The position numbers and the translations under genes are program-made. From Spirochaetia bacterium (GTDB lineage Bacteria > Spirochaetota > Spirochaetia > SZUA-6 > Bin103), in contig CBDBOV010000005.1 of NCBI GenBank assembly GCA_965208575.1, positions 160,001 through 224,000 on the forward strand: a stretch of DNA of 64,000 nt, given 5' to 3'. Of the stretch, positions 1 to 9,712 are shown one piece after another (the first letter of the stretch is position 1; each line of letters opens with the position of its first letter). A model generated the notes under the pieces. That model made no database searches. It was given only the letters and a program-made list of their open reading frames with translations, and was not told the origin of the DNA.

Positions 1-179
1 CCGTATGTTGCTCTCCGTAACTGCCGCCGCGATCGCCTGGGCGTCAACAAATCCATCCTGCTGACCAGGTCGATGCCGTGCCCAACAGTTCGTGTAGTCC
101 CACGGAACGAGCAGATCGAGGATCCATCGAACGCGTTGACCAAGCCGGTGATGATGTCGGGGAAGGGGGGCGGGATTTC

Positions 180-1001
180 GTACCCCGCCGGCCCAGGCTG
201 ATCCTCGCAGATTACCGGTTGGCGCGAATCCGCCACCGACGGGGCTTCCCGTGTTGCCGCTGTCGCACTCTTCACGCATGCCGCCGCCAATACCCCGGCG
301 GAACCGATCGGTGCCCGCGTCGCTCGCTTCCCGACCGCTGTCAGCGTTCCCCGTATTAACGGCGGGTCGGCTTCCGCGTTACCGGTTTCGGCTGTCAGTG
401 CCCGCGCTCTGGTGAGCGATTCGGGCCGATATTCCCGAATTGACGTAGTTCAACTTGCGAACCCCGACAACCACAGTGCGGGAGTCATCGACAGTCCACA
501 GGAAGTTCAGCTACCGCCCTCGGGTGATGCGACATCGATCCGCAGCATCGTCGCTCTCATGCCGACGAGCCCGTCGGTCGCCCTGGGGTCCTTCTAGGAC
601 CCCAGGGGGCGTACTGCGGGTGACCCGCGCTTTGCTCCTTCACCTACCCGAAGCGAAAGAGCATTGTCGGTCCTCTGTGAGCGTGGCTGACGCCGTCCAG
701 CATGCATGAAGCGAACGCGGCTACCTCACTCAATTCGGGAATTACTACCGGACAGCGGGAATCATCGCCGACGAGATCGCGGCATTCCCATCTACCAGAA
801 TGCGGGCGTCAACACCTGCTCGGCGTTCACTCACGTTGCGGCCTGCGTATTCGCTGAATCTCCCAACGGCGATCCTTCTTCATCGGAGTGCTTCAGTCCA
901 ATTCGTTACCTCCTTGCACCGCTCCGACTGCTTCCGGCTGGAGCGACAGTTGCCGTGCGGGGTTCGCACCCGCTGGGTTACAGCGCCTTTCCACGGCGCA
1001 C
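180..1001 (-). mobile_element. Group II intron 5' remnant (ribozyme 5' domains, no RT ORF), interrupted by a ~420-bp insert at ~391-812
   Basis: Minus strand begins GTGCGCCGTGGAAAGGCGC at 1001 (GUGYG intron start). Blocks 813-1001 and 180-390 resemble bacterial group II intron domain I sequence and would be contiguous without the insert. The left boundary is approximate. Confidence 0.75.
431..742. mobile_element. MITE-like element inside the intron remnant
   Basis: 13-bp inverted repeats ATTCCCGAATTGA (431-443) / TCAATTCGGGAAT (730-742) and a central perfect 12-bp hairpin at 581-607. No target duplication was found. Confidence 0.4.
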
Positions 1002-1323
1002 GCCAATACACGGGTCACCGCTACGGGTGGTCCAGCGTCGCCTTCCTCGGCATGCACTTCCATCAGACGTACGCTTTCGCTTCTCCCCTTGGGTTCGTGG
1101 GTCGAGCGTGTACATGTGGTGGGCTTGCGTAGGTCCGTGCTTCATGTAAGATGTAGATAATCCGCTGTTGTAACTACACAGGAGGTCTCAATTGGGGACC
1201 TTAGTACCCCATACACTGGCATGGTACCCTCCTAACCTCGCTTGGTACCCAGTTAACCAAGGCACTGAGAAGGTAGATAGGTTTAGCAACCGAGATGTTT
1301 TTGCGAGTTTTACGGAGCTACCC

Positions 1324-1353
1324 TTGACACGGATTCACGATCTGTGCTATAAA
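1324..1353 (+). promoter_or_regulatory. sigma70-type promoter
   Basis: TTGACA-18 nt-TATAAA with an extended -10 TGn. Confidence 0.65.
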
Positions 1354-1714
1354 GACTCTACCCGGCTGAAAAAGGGGCAGCCGGCCATAACCGCAAGACG
1401 TTAACAATCCACCGCGTTAATACGGTGAGAAGAAGCGCCGAAGCATGCATTCTGCCCAAGGGGAAAAATTTCTCCAAACCACTCTAAAGGCCACTAACGG
1501 CCCACGTACTATTTAACTAACGTAACTAAGTACCTAAGCGATTTATCGCGGTTAGAATAAGACGCTCCCCGCAGCGTCAATAGACCGCGCCTTATCATTC
1601 AAACGTAATAGTACGTTTCAACAATCTACTCGTAATAGACAATTTAAGCAAGTAAGAGCCGGCGTCTGTTAGATTGCCGAAAATCATACTTACCAAATCG
1701 AGGAGGTGCTTCAA

Positions 1715-1798
1715 ATGAAAATCCTCTATATGGTTGGTTGGTTCGGAAACGACTGTATAGCCATCTACGCTATCGGTCTATCCCGATCCGCTATCTAA
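1715..1798 (+). CDS. 27-aa hydrophobic small protein (MKILYMVGWFGNDCIAIYAIGLSRSAI), type I toxin-like
   Basis: Strong SD AGGAGGT at 1701-1707, ATG at 1715, TAA at 1796-1798. Below the ORF-track cutoff; translated by hand. Confidence 0.5.
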   Translation: MKILYMVGWFGNDCIAIYAIGLSRSAI

Positions 1799-1814
1799 GA
1801 ACCTGAATTGACAC

Positions 1815-1846
1815 GCCCGAACCTCTATGCGGGAATGAGGTCGGGC
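1815..1846 (+). terminator. GC-rich stem-loop after the small ORF
   Basis: GCCCGA(A)CCTC...GAGGTCGGGC stem; no clear U-tract. Confidence 0.35.
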
Positions 1847-2139
1847 CTCTGTCGCCATCTTACATCTGCCGCCCAGCCCCGAACCACCTCCTCACCCTCT
1901 CCCACCAAGCCACCTTTTCGGGCTCAATAGCCCTCTGTAGCCCCCTTGTTTTCCGCGTTACTAAAGAGACCCTTAGCGACTTGCTCCATTCGCGCCATAG
2001 TCGGATGGGTTTCGCCCCCGTTACGATCTGCCATTTTGTACCTCACATTTGAGTGCCCACTTGGCCCTTTATGCAAAGACCCGGTGCGGGATCGACCTGA
2101 ACGGGTGGAGCGGACAACGTGATCTGCTCGCCGCGGAGA

Positions 2140-2498
2140 GCGAGCTACGCAGACGTTGGCATGACGACGTAAAGGATACGGGACGCTGGCTGGGACGAGT
2201 GTTGCGTGGATGGTTTGACTATTACGCGGTACCTACCAGCTTTCCCTACCTGCAACAATTCGTGTGGCGTCTGCGCAGAATCTGGATACGGGTCCTCCGC
2301 CGGAGGTCCGAGAAGGACCGCTTCTCCTGGAATTGGATGCTGGCGCTCAGTAACAGGCTGTGGCCCAAGCCCCGCATTGTACACCTATGGCGACTGCACG
2401 CTTTGCCGTCAACCACCGAAAGTAGGAGCCGTATGCGTTAACGCGCACGTACGGATCTGTGCGGGGGGCGCCGGGTAAACCGACGTTCCCGCCGCGAT
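2140..2498 (+). pseudogene. Group II intron 3' remnant: maturase domain X plus ribozyme DV/DVI
   Basis: GRWLGRVLRGWFDYYAVP...LRRRSEK...WPKPRIVH is a typical domain X. It is followed by GAGCCGTATGCG...GCACGTACGGATCTGTGCGGGGGG...CCGCGAT (DV-DVI, AY end at 2498). Confidence 0.85.
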
Positions 2499-2710
2499 AC
2501 GTGGTCGCCAAGCGCGTTTTTTTTTGAAGCAGAGCGGGATGAGGTGGTCGTTGGACGGGGCCAAGGAAATGCTCCAGCTACGCGCCTCCGTGATGAGCCG
2601 TCGCTCCTGGGACGACTACGAACGCCTGCTCCCCTCATCGCCCACACCAGAATCCGACCAGACCCAGCTCGAGGCCGCCTGACCGCTACCACTTTGGCGA
2701 AATGGACCCC
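2499..2710 (+). pseudogene. ISKra4/UPF0236-like transposase C-terminal remnant and IS end (3' exon of the intron)
   Basis: VVAKR..LKQSGMRWSLDGAKEMLQLRA motif, with a T10 run at 2517-2526 breaking the motif, followed by an IR-like end ...GGCGAAATGGACCC. Confidence 0.55.
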
Positions 2711-2725
2711 CGTGCAAAGACCCTC

Positions 2726-2754
2726 TTGACACGGAAGGGGTAATGTGCTATACG
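2726..2754 (+). promoter_or_regulatory. sigma70-type promoter upstream of the nuclease genes
   Basis: TTGACA-17 nt-TATACG with TGn. Shares CTTGACACGGA and TGTGCTATA with the promoter at 1324. Confidence 0.55.
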
Positions 2755-3170
2755 GTATCCGCGCTTCACCAAAGCTCACGGTCGCAGTAGAGGGTACTGA
2801 CGTACAAAAAGGAATCTTTGCTTGCGTCAATCGACGCGCAAAGAAGGCAAGCGGTCTTAAAACAGCGGATCACCTAATGCAAGCTGGTACATTCATTTCC
2901 GATAATCTCGACAAGCTCAGGCGTGGAGATTTTTCGCTAAATACTATCGTTCTTTAACTCTTCGCAATTTTTCATCGACGTAATTAACAAAGAGTTTTTT
3001 CTGTCTTTGGTAATGATTACCCATTCTTGTGTCTCTCGCATTACGAACAACTGGCCACGATCTTGTTTGTCCGTTTGTTCTTCTTTGGTCGCTTTCACGT
3101 TGTACCTCCCTGTGATTACACTGAGCGGATTGAGATATACTTGATAAATAGCGTTCGTTTTGTTTAGAAC

Positions 3171-4040
3171 ATGACACCAAAAGAATACGAAGTCTTTGTT
3201 GCCACGCTTACTCAAGCCGTTGCGAAGTTACAAGACCTGACTACGAATTTCCACAGCGTGGAGATACGGAAGCTTCTTCAGACCAAGTATGGACTGAAGA
3301 GAGAATTCGACATCTACTGGGAATACGAAATTGATGGTGAGAACCACAAGGCCGTAATCGAATGTAAGAATTACAAACACCGAGTCTCAGTTGATCGTGT
3401 AGACGCACTGGTAGGAAAACTGACTGATTTTCCCGGTGTGCATCCGATCTTAGCAACAACAAGAGGATTTCAATCGGGCGCACAATCAGCCGCCGAGAGC
3501 CACGGTGTGGAGCTCCTGGTAGTCAGAGAACAGAATCTATCTGATTGGACTGCTAAGGACGGCAAAGCTCTAGTTCGGAATCTTGTAATTACGGTTGAGT
3601 GTCCACCGCCGGCGGAGATACACCATTTTCTCCCTGTTCTCGATGCGTCCTGGGTGGAACGAAATACCAACATAGACACCTCACAATCGATCAAGAAGAT
3701 GCTTTGGTCTCCAAACACCTTTATAGACAATGTTGAAGATGATGACCGGTATTCACTTCAAGAACTCAGCAGCAGACTTTCTGATAAGGATGCTGGAAGA
3801 CACACTGATAACGTAGTTTTCAAGGATGCTTACTTAGTCGATCCAGAGCTTGGACGACTGAAACTTCTAAATTTCACTGTGGAGTATTCTGCTTTTTTAC
3901 CGTTGTCATCACGAATGGAGATCGATTTCGGTGAGGCGCTTGTTGGAGTGATCGAGTATTTGCAAAAAGGAACAAAGAAACTGATATTCCACGATAAGGT
4001 GAATACGGGAGATATGTGGATTTGGAATCGTGCGATTTAG
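3171..4040 (+). CDS. Mrr-like PD-(D/E)XK restriction endonuclease domain protein
   Basis: YEVFV...REFDIYWE...IECKNY...VDALVGKL...TTRGFQSGA motifs of Mrr_cat-type nucleases; 289 aa. Confidence 0.8.
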   Translation: MTPKEYEVFVATLTQAVAKLQDLTTNFHSVEIRKLLQTKYGLKREFDIYWEYEIDGENHKAVIECKNYKHRVSVDRVDALVGKLTDFPGVHPILATTRGFQSGAQSAAESHGVELLVVREQNLSDWTAKDGKALVRNLVITVECPPPAEIHHFLPVLDASWVERNTNIDTSQSIKKMLWSPNTFIDNVEDDDRYSLQELSSRLSDKDAGRHTDNVVFKDAYLVDPELGRLKLLNFTVEYSAFLPLSSRMEIDFGEALVGVIEYLQKGTKKLIFHDKVNTGDMWIWNRAI

Positions 4041-4129
4041 ATACTTTGTAGAGTTCCAAGAATCCACCGGTCGCGTTTGAGAAGTGGTTAACAGGGTATT
4101 CATGGGTATTCAGCGTCCAATAAGGAAAC

Positions 4130-4705
4130 ATGATGAAGTCGATTACCGATCTATATGACGAATTCGTGGCACTATACGGATATTACTTGGAAGTCCGCGA
4201 GGCGGTCCGTAAGTGGCGCGATTTCTTAACAAATCATATGCAGTCTAGAGACAAACGCTTGTTTTTTGGATCGGGAGATCCTAATCACCCGAACTCCACC
4301 TATCAATATGTTAGAACTTTCGGGTGGTTAATTGATGCATCGGATGACAACGGCACAAACGTAAGCATACACAGAAGGAGTGTAATCGCGTTTTCCTATG
4401 CTCTTTGGGAAGATCAATATAGAGGGCGTATAGCTCATGAGTGCAAACGCGCAAACAAGAATGAAATACAGAGTGATGTATTCTACGATCTAAACAAATA
4501 TCGACAAGCTATTCTGCACTCCGGCGGGAGATTGACTGCTGACCCGAGAGTTATCCGATTCTTCAATCGGGGTGAAGAAGTGTTGCTTACGGACGATCAT
4601 ATGTATGAACTGTTTTCACTGCTTGTTGGCGAACTCAATAGGATTGGACGAGAATACTATCAGCCAGATCCTCAGTTTGCGCTAGACAGACCGCTAAACG
4701 GCTAA
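4130..4705 (+). CDS. Hypothetical protein with a HEPN-like RxxxxH motif
   Basis: 191 aa, SD AAGGA. Contains LNKYRQAILHSGG and an upstream helix YALWE. The HEPN assignment is inference. Confidence 0.55.
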   Translation: MMKSITDLYDEFVALYGYYLEVREAVRKWRDFLTNHMQSRDKRLFFGSGDPNHPNSTYQYVRTFGWLIDASDDNGTNVSIHRRSVIAFSYALWEDQYRGRIAHECKRANKNEIQSDVFYDLNKYRQAILHSGGRLTADPRVIRFFNRGEEVLLTDDHMYELFSLLVGELNRIGREYYQPDPQFALDRPLNG

Positions 4706-4802
4706 GCTATTGTATTAGGAGGTACCAAGCGAGGTTAGGAGGGTACTATCCGAGGTTAGGAGGGTGCCTCTATGTTATTGGGGTACTAAGGTCCCTCAAT
4801 TG

Positions 4803-6178
4803 ATGGGAGTGTTCCACCACCGTAAGACAACGGAACTCGGCACTGCCGTGTTCGTTTCGTGTAGGGCTCTATTGGCGCTCACCCTAGCGTTCAGCTCGCC
4901 AACCACTGAGGCCACGGAGTCCGACGGTAAGCCCGTGGAGTTGACCTTCACGTTCTGGGGATCGGCGTTCGAACGGGAGGCGGTCGAACTGATGGTCCAA
5001 GCATTCAACGACAACCATCCCGGCATCAAGGTGCGAGGCCAGCACATCCCGGACGCCTACCACGAGAAGATCAGCACCATGGTGGCCGGCGGCACGCCGC
5101 CGGACCTGGGCTACCTGAACGAGCAGCAGGCGTTTCTGTGGGCCGAGGAGGGCGTGATCCTGGATCTGACGCCGCACTTCCGGGCGGATCCGGAGGCCAG
5201 CAACCGGTTGGCGGCCTCCTACTACAACTACGACGACGGCACGCGCACCATCGGCACCAATACGGCCGCCGAGACCATGATCCTGTACTACAACAAGAAC
5301 CTGTTCGATGAGGCCGGGTTGGACTATCCGCCCTCCCCGGCTGCGGATGCGTGGACCTGGAGCGAGTTCGTGGCGGTGGCCAGGCAGCTCACGGTCGACC
5401 GCAGCGGCAACACTGCCGACAGCGATGCGGTTCGATCCGGAGAACATCGACGTGTTCGGCATTTCGTTCCCCACCTGGTGGGCCGGCTACCTGCCGATGA
5501 TCCACAGCAACGGCGGCCAGCTTGCCAGCGACGATGGCACCGAGCTGCCGCTCAACCAGCCGGCGGCGGTGGAGGCGCTGCAGGCGATCCAGGACCTGAT
5601 CTACGTCCATCACGTGGCCCCGACGCCGGCCCAGTCCGAGGCGCTGCCCTCCGCATCGGTCATGATGCAGTCCGGCGGCGATCAACGGGCACTTGGGCGA
5701 TCCTTGGACCACAGCCAGCTCGGATTCGACTGGGGCATCGGCGTGCTGCCCTACCACCAGGAGCCGGCCACGATCCTGCTGGGCTCGCCGACGGTGATCT
5801 ACGCGGCCACCGAGCACCCCGACGAAGCGTTCACGTTCTACAAGGTCCACAACGACCCGAGCAAGGTGGATCTGTACGCGAAGGGGCTGTGGATGCCGCT
5901 GCGGACTGGAGTACTACACCAACGCGTCCAAGACCGCCGAATGGCTCGACGCCATCCCCGGAGTCTATCCGCCGGAAGCGCGCGGGGTGCTGATCGACTA
6001 CACCATGAACCACACGACGCGGTAGCCGCCGGCGTACTGGGTGAAGAACGCCAACCAGATCTTGTCGGAGGCGATCAACCCGGCGATCAGCAAGCTGTGG
6101 ACCGGCGAGGTGACCGCCCAGGAGCCGATGGGCCAGGCGGTGCGCGATGGCGCGCCGCTCATGCAGGGACGCTGGTAG
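4803..6178 (+). pseudogene. Sugar ABC substrate-binding protein, frameshifted
   Basis: VELTFTFWGSAFERE...MVAGGTPPD...ILYYNKNLFDEAG. The homologous text continues in other frames (FDPENIDVFG..., ...PLMQGRW*). Confidence 0.75.
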
Positions 6179-6317
6179 CCGCCGGCGCGCAGCCCTGACG
6201 GCGCGCCGGCACGTCGGGTCACGGCCGGCCATGCGGCCGCGGCCCCCGGCGGTGCGCCGTATGGACATGGCCACGGCACCGAGTAGCCGGCCGCGGTTGC
6301 CGCGTACCCGCCCCGGA

Positions 6318-7111
6318 TGCGTATTCCGGTGAAAAAAGCCACCCATTCCGGAAATAAAAAGCCACCGGGGAGTGGTCCGATCCTGAGACGGCGAGTATAG
6401 CGGGGTGGCTTTTTTGAATCAATCTGACGGAGTGCGCGAAGGGAGTTCGGAGCGGTAACGAAGTTCCGGCCAGAGTGTCCGCGGGTGGCCTGTCGAGAGG
6501 AGGCCTGGCAGACCACGGTGGCGGAGGGAACCGCATCGACGGTGCCCCGGAACGGTGTGTGAGCGCCGCGTCATAGGGCGGAGAGTGCCCACGTCGCCGA
6601 TGGAGCGCCGACGCGGCGGTGCGCCCGCCGCCGCTGCTGCCGCGACCTCGACCGGGTGGTCCGGCGGCCGGCAGCGGCAGTTGGCTGGGAACAGCAGTGC
6701 GACGGATTGCCCGTGGGTGCCTCGATGCGGCCATGCGCATGCCGGAGCGGTGGAACGCGCGGAGCCCGCGGCGCTGAGAAAGCGGTGACTGCGGTCACGA
6801 TACGGATTTTCCGGGGGATGCCTGAGGAACTCTCGCAGGTTGGAGGGCCGGCAGAGAGGCCGACTCTGACGCGAGCGGCCCCGCTGACAGCCAGGCGACT
6901 GGCCTGACACCCGTGGAGGGGCCGGAATGCCGGCGAGCACCGTCGCGACGGGTGCTCATGGTGCGCGCCGCGTGGTCGGGCTCGATGACTGAGCGCGAAC
7001 TCGCCGGCAAGTAACCCGGCGGTTGAAAGCGAACCGCACCCCGGCGCAGGGTGGGCGACCGAGCGGTGGGCCGTGCGCATGGAGTTCGGCACCCGCGGCG
7101 CGGACCGGCAG
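6318..7111 (-). mobile_element. Isolated IS21 right-end fragment; 794-bp inverted copy of 20982-21775
   Basis: Starts TGCGTATTCCGGTGAAAAAAGCCACC and is the near-identical reverse complement of 20982-21775 (a few SNPs). Confidence 0.9.
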
Positions 7112-7231
7112 CCCGAACCCCAGGAAGCTCAACGACGCCTCGCTGATCACCACCGCCCCGATGTTGATGCGGTAGATCACGATCAGCACCGGCGCGATGT
7201 TGGGCAGCAGGTGGTGCCCCAGCGTCCGCCA
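7112..7231 (-). pseudogene. dppC-like permease fragment
   Basis: WRTLGHHLLPNIAPVLIVIYRINIGAVVISEASLSFLGFGLP matches 22867-23799. Confidence 0.8.
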
Positions 7232-7264
7232 AGTCGCGCTCCCATGCAGATCGGAGTTCGGTGG

Positions 7265-7635
7265 ATGGAACAGATGCCCAGTCCGGTGCTGCGTACCGCG
7301 ATAGGAAACTATGGCCATATCACGGCCTTGAAGGATGGCACCATAACCTCCCCGATGTTCGACCTGGAGCACGTCGAGGTCTCCCCCGTGCCGATGATCT
7401 TCCGCCGCATGGTGCGCGGCCTCGAGTTCGATGTCGCGGAGATGGCGCTGGCGACCTGTTTGTGTGCCTGCGGAAGATGGCGCAGACGGTCGGCGGCGAC
7501 CCCCTGCCCTACGGCTTCGAGAGTTCGCGCAAGACTCTGGAGACCTTCATACGCTACAACGTTGACCAGGGAGTGATACCGCAGACGGTCGCCCCGGAGG
7601 ACCTGTTCGTGCCGGAGACCCTGGCCCTGGTCTGA
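7265..7635 (+). pseudogene. 4,5-dihydroxyphthalate decarboxylase-like gene with a large internal deletion
   Basis: The N- and C-termini of 27161-28105 are fused out of frame at ~7468. Confidence 0.85.
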
Positions 7636-7681
7636 GCGAGCAATCCGGGGCGAGACCCGGTCAACCCGTTGGTACTACGTC

Positions 7682-8131
7682 TCAGACGCTCGAAGCGGGC
7701 GTCAACGCCCTATCTCCAACGATCAACCCTCGGCCAACCGCACGCAGGCCAGCCTCGATTTGGCCGATGTGCGAACGGTGACGCACGTCCAGCAGGCGGC
7801 GTACCGCAGACTGGCTTACCCCAAGCCGTCTTGCAAGCTCAACCTGGGTCACGTTCTGCCGCCGCATCGCCGTGTACAATGCGAGCTTGGCCGCCACAAC
7901 CGACGGCACTGCTACCAACTCCTGGCCGGCGACGACATCACTCGGAACGGGGATCTCGCGGCGCCCATCCACGTAGAAGCTCAGCGCGACGGCGAGCGCA
8001 TCCGTGGCCTTCTCAAGGGCTTGGGCTCGATCATCGCCACACGTCAACGCTTCGGGCACGTCGGGGAACGACACCGAGAAGCCTCCGTCGTCCAATTCCG
8101 GGGTCAGTACGCACGGGTAGGTGTACCGCAT
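7682..8131 (-). CDS. hicB: HicB-family antitoxin with C-terminal HTH
   Basis: MRYTYPCVLTPELDDGGFSVSFPDVPEALTCGDD...; HTH VTQVELARRLGVSQSAVRRL. Confidence 0.9.
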   Translation of the reverse strand: MRYTYPCVLTPELDDGGFSVSFPDVPEALTCGDDRAQALEKATDALAVALSFYVDGRREIPVPSDVVAGQELVAVPSVVAAKLALYTAMRRQNVTQVELARRLGVSQSAVRRLLDVRHRSHIGQIEAGLRAVGRGLIVGDRALTPASSV

Positions 8132-8337
8132 CAGAACTCCTCCTTGCTGATCCCGAGTTGTTTGAGCATGGCATGATAGGTTCCCGTCTTCAGCTCGCCT
8201 CGGCTCACGGTCGTCTCACCGGTACCGAGGCGAAGCTTGCCGTGACTGCCCTTACCCCTGGCGGGCTCGAACTCGTAACCGAGCTGATTGCGCTTCGCGT
8301 AACGCTTTGCCCGTCTCAGGAACTCGCGATCGGTCAC
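8131..8337 (-). CDS. hicA: HicA-family mRNA interferase toxin
   Basis: 68 aa with GKGSH motif and ...LKTGTYHAMLKQLGI; overlaps the hicB start. Confidence 0.88.
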   Translation of the reverse strand: MTDREFLRRAKRYAKRNQLGYEFEPARGKGSHGKLRLGTGETTVSRGELKTGTYHAMLKQLGISKEEF

Positions 8338-8357
8338 AGGGAGAACGTCACCGGGAG

Positions 8358-8386
8358 ATAATAGTACACAAATGTAGTAATAGCAA
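8358..8386 (-). promoter_or_regulatory. hicAB promoter
   Basis: TTGCTA-17 nt-TATTAT on the minus strand, with an imperfect palindrome in the spacer. Confidence 0.55.
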
Positions 8387-8414
8387 CCGATCAGGTCGTG
8401 TCAGTCGCACTGCC

Positions 8415-8885
8415 TTTTCCGACCGCCTGGGCCGTAGGCGCCGAGCCGGCCGCTGCCGCCGCGCAGGCGCGGGTCGAACAGGTCGCGCACCGCGGCGCCG
8501 ACCATGTTGAGGCAGTACACGGCGCCTGCGGCGCCCGCCCGATTGGAGTGCAGCCTTGCGGGTGCACCGGCGCGCGCCGTCGCTGCTGTTCGAGCACCGC
8601 CTGTGCGGCGGGGCGAGCCTGCAGGTGGACCTGGTCTGATCCGGCACGGCCAACCGGTTCGCGATCGGCGCCTCGTTGCGGCTGCACACCGATGCCGCCC
8701 GCTACCGGCGCGACGTGGAGGTGACCAGCGGCTACCTGTCGAGCAATCCGTCCCGCGTCCACTTCGGCTTGCCCGCCGGCGAGCACCCGCGGCGGCTCAC
8801 CATCCGCTGGCCGGACGGCGCCGAGGACGTGGTGGAGACCGCGGACGGCCTGGCAGCCGACACGCTGCTGACCGTCACCCGGTCA
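8415..8885. pseudogene. Fused fragments: dppC 3' end (-), CRTAC1 upstream region and CRTAC1 ASPIC/UnbV 3' end (+)
   Basis: Matches 22914-23020, 44721-44752 and 31070-31380. Confidence 0.75.
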
Positions 8886-8994
8886 CGTTCCACCGGGGGA
8901 CCTGCAATCTTGCCTGCCCCCGAGGATACGAGGACGTGCTGGCGAAGCGCGAGCCGCGGACGATATCCCCGATCCACCACCAGCCGCAGAAAGT

Positions 8995-9604
8995 CCGAGT
9001 TGCGGTACCACCGGCGCAGCGGTATCCGGGAGCCGAAGGATCTCGAAGGCCGCAAGGTGGGTGTGCGCAGCTACACGTTTACCCCCGGCGTCTGGACGCG
9101 CGGCATCCTGGCCGCCGAATACGGCGTCGACCTGGATGCGGTCACCTGGGTCCTGTCGGGAGACGAACACGTGCAGGAGTACGTCGCGCCCGCCAACGTG
9201 GTGTCGTCGCCCCACAACGACCTCGTGTCGATGCTGCTTGCCGGCGAGATCGACGCCGCCATCGCGCCCGGCCCGGTCGCCTCGCCGGACATCCGGCCCC
9301 TGTTTTTGGAATCCCGGCAGGCCGACGGCGCCTGGCACCGCGGGACCGGGATCTATCCGATAAGCCACCTGCTGGTGGTGAAGGACGCCGCGCTGGCGTC
9401 GCACCCCGGTCTCGCAACCGAACTGTTCCGCCTGTTCAACGAGGCCAGGTCGCAATACCTGCCGCGCCTGCGCTCCGGCGCCGCCGACGAGTGTTCGCGC
9501 AACACTCTGGAACCTTCATACGCTACAACGTCGAGCAGGACGTGATACCGCAGGCGGTCGCCCCGGAGGACCTGTTCGTGCCGGAGACCCTGGCCCTGGT
9601 CTGA
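8995..9604 (+). pseudogene. Decarboxylase-like gene, 5'-truncated and frameshifted copy
   Basis: HRRSGIREPKDLEGRKVGVRSYTFTPG...PETLALV, as in 27161-28105. Confidence 0.85.
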
Positions 9605-9712
9605 CCACCCGAACCGTTCAACCCGCCTCGACACCTGGCGTGCCGGCTTCGAGCTGCCGGCGGTGCGCCCCGGCGGATGTTGAGAACGCATGCAGATCAG
9701 GATTCGTACCCT

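Larger units (their letters stand above)
1194..4796. mobile_element. Non-autonomous TIR-bounded cargo element, family unassigned
   Basis: Terminal IR GGGGACCTTAGTACCCC (1194-1210) vs 4780-4796, one mismatch. A perfect 26-bp subterminal IR at 1224-1249 / 4721-4746, plus an extra partial copy at 4751-4765. CAATT flanks both sides (1189-1193, 4797-4801). The interior is visibly AT-richer than the flanks. Confidence 0.75.

Noticed and set aside
1-60. IS110-like peptide DAQAIAAAVTESNIR on the minus strand
   Set aside because: Too short and at the window edge to support a call.
2049-2498. Active RT system (DGR or retron) explaining paralogue diversity
   Set aside because: Only maturase domain X and DV/DVI remain, with no RT catalytic core. 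Differences between duplicated genes are not visibly adenine-specific.
180-2498. The two intron remnants as halves of one (trans-spliced) intron
   Set aside because: They lie on opposite strands pointing away from each other, the central domains are missing, and the 5' piece is interrupted.
2745-3215. Short ORFs upstream of the nuclease
   Set aside because: No convincing SD or motif. One starts inside the promoter and others overlap the nuclease antisense.
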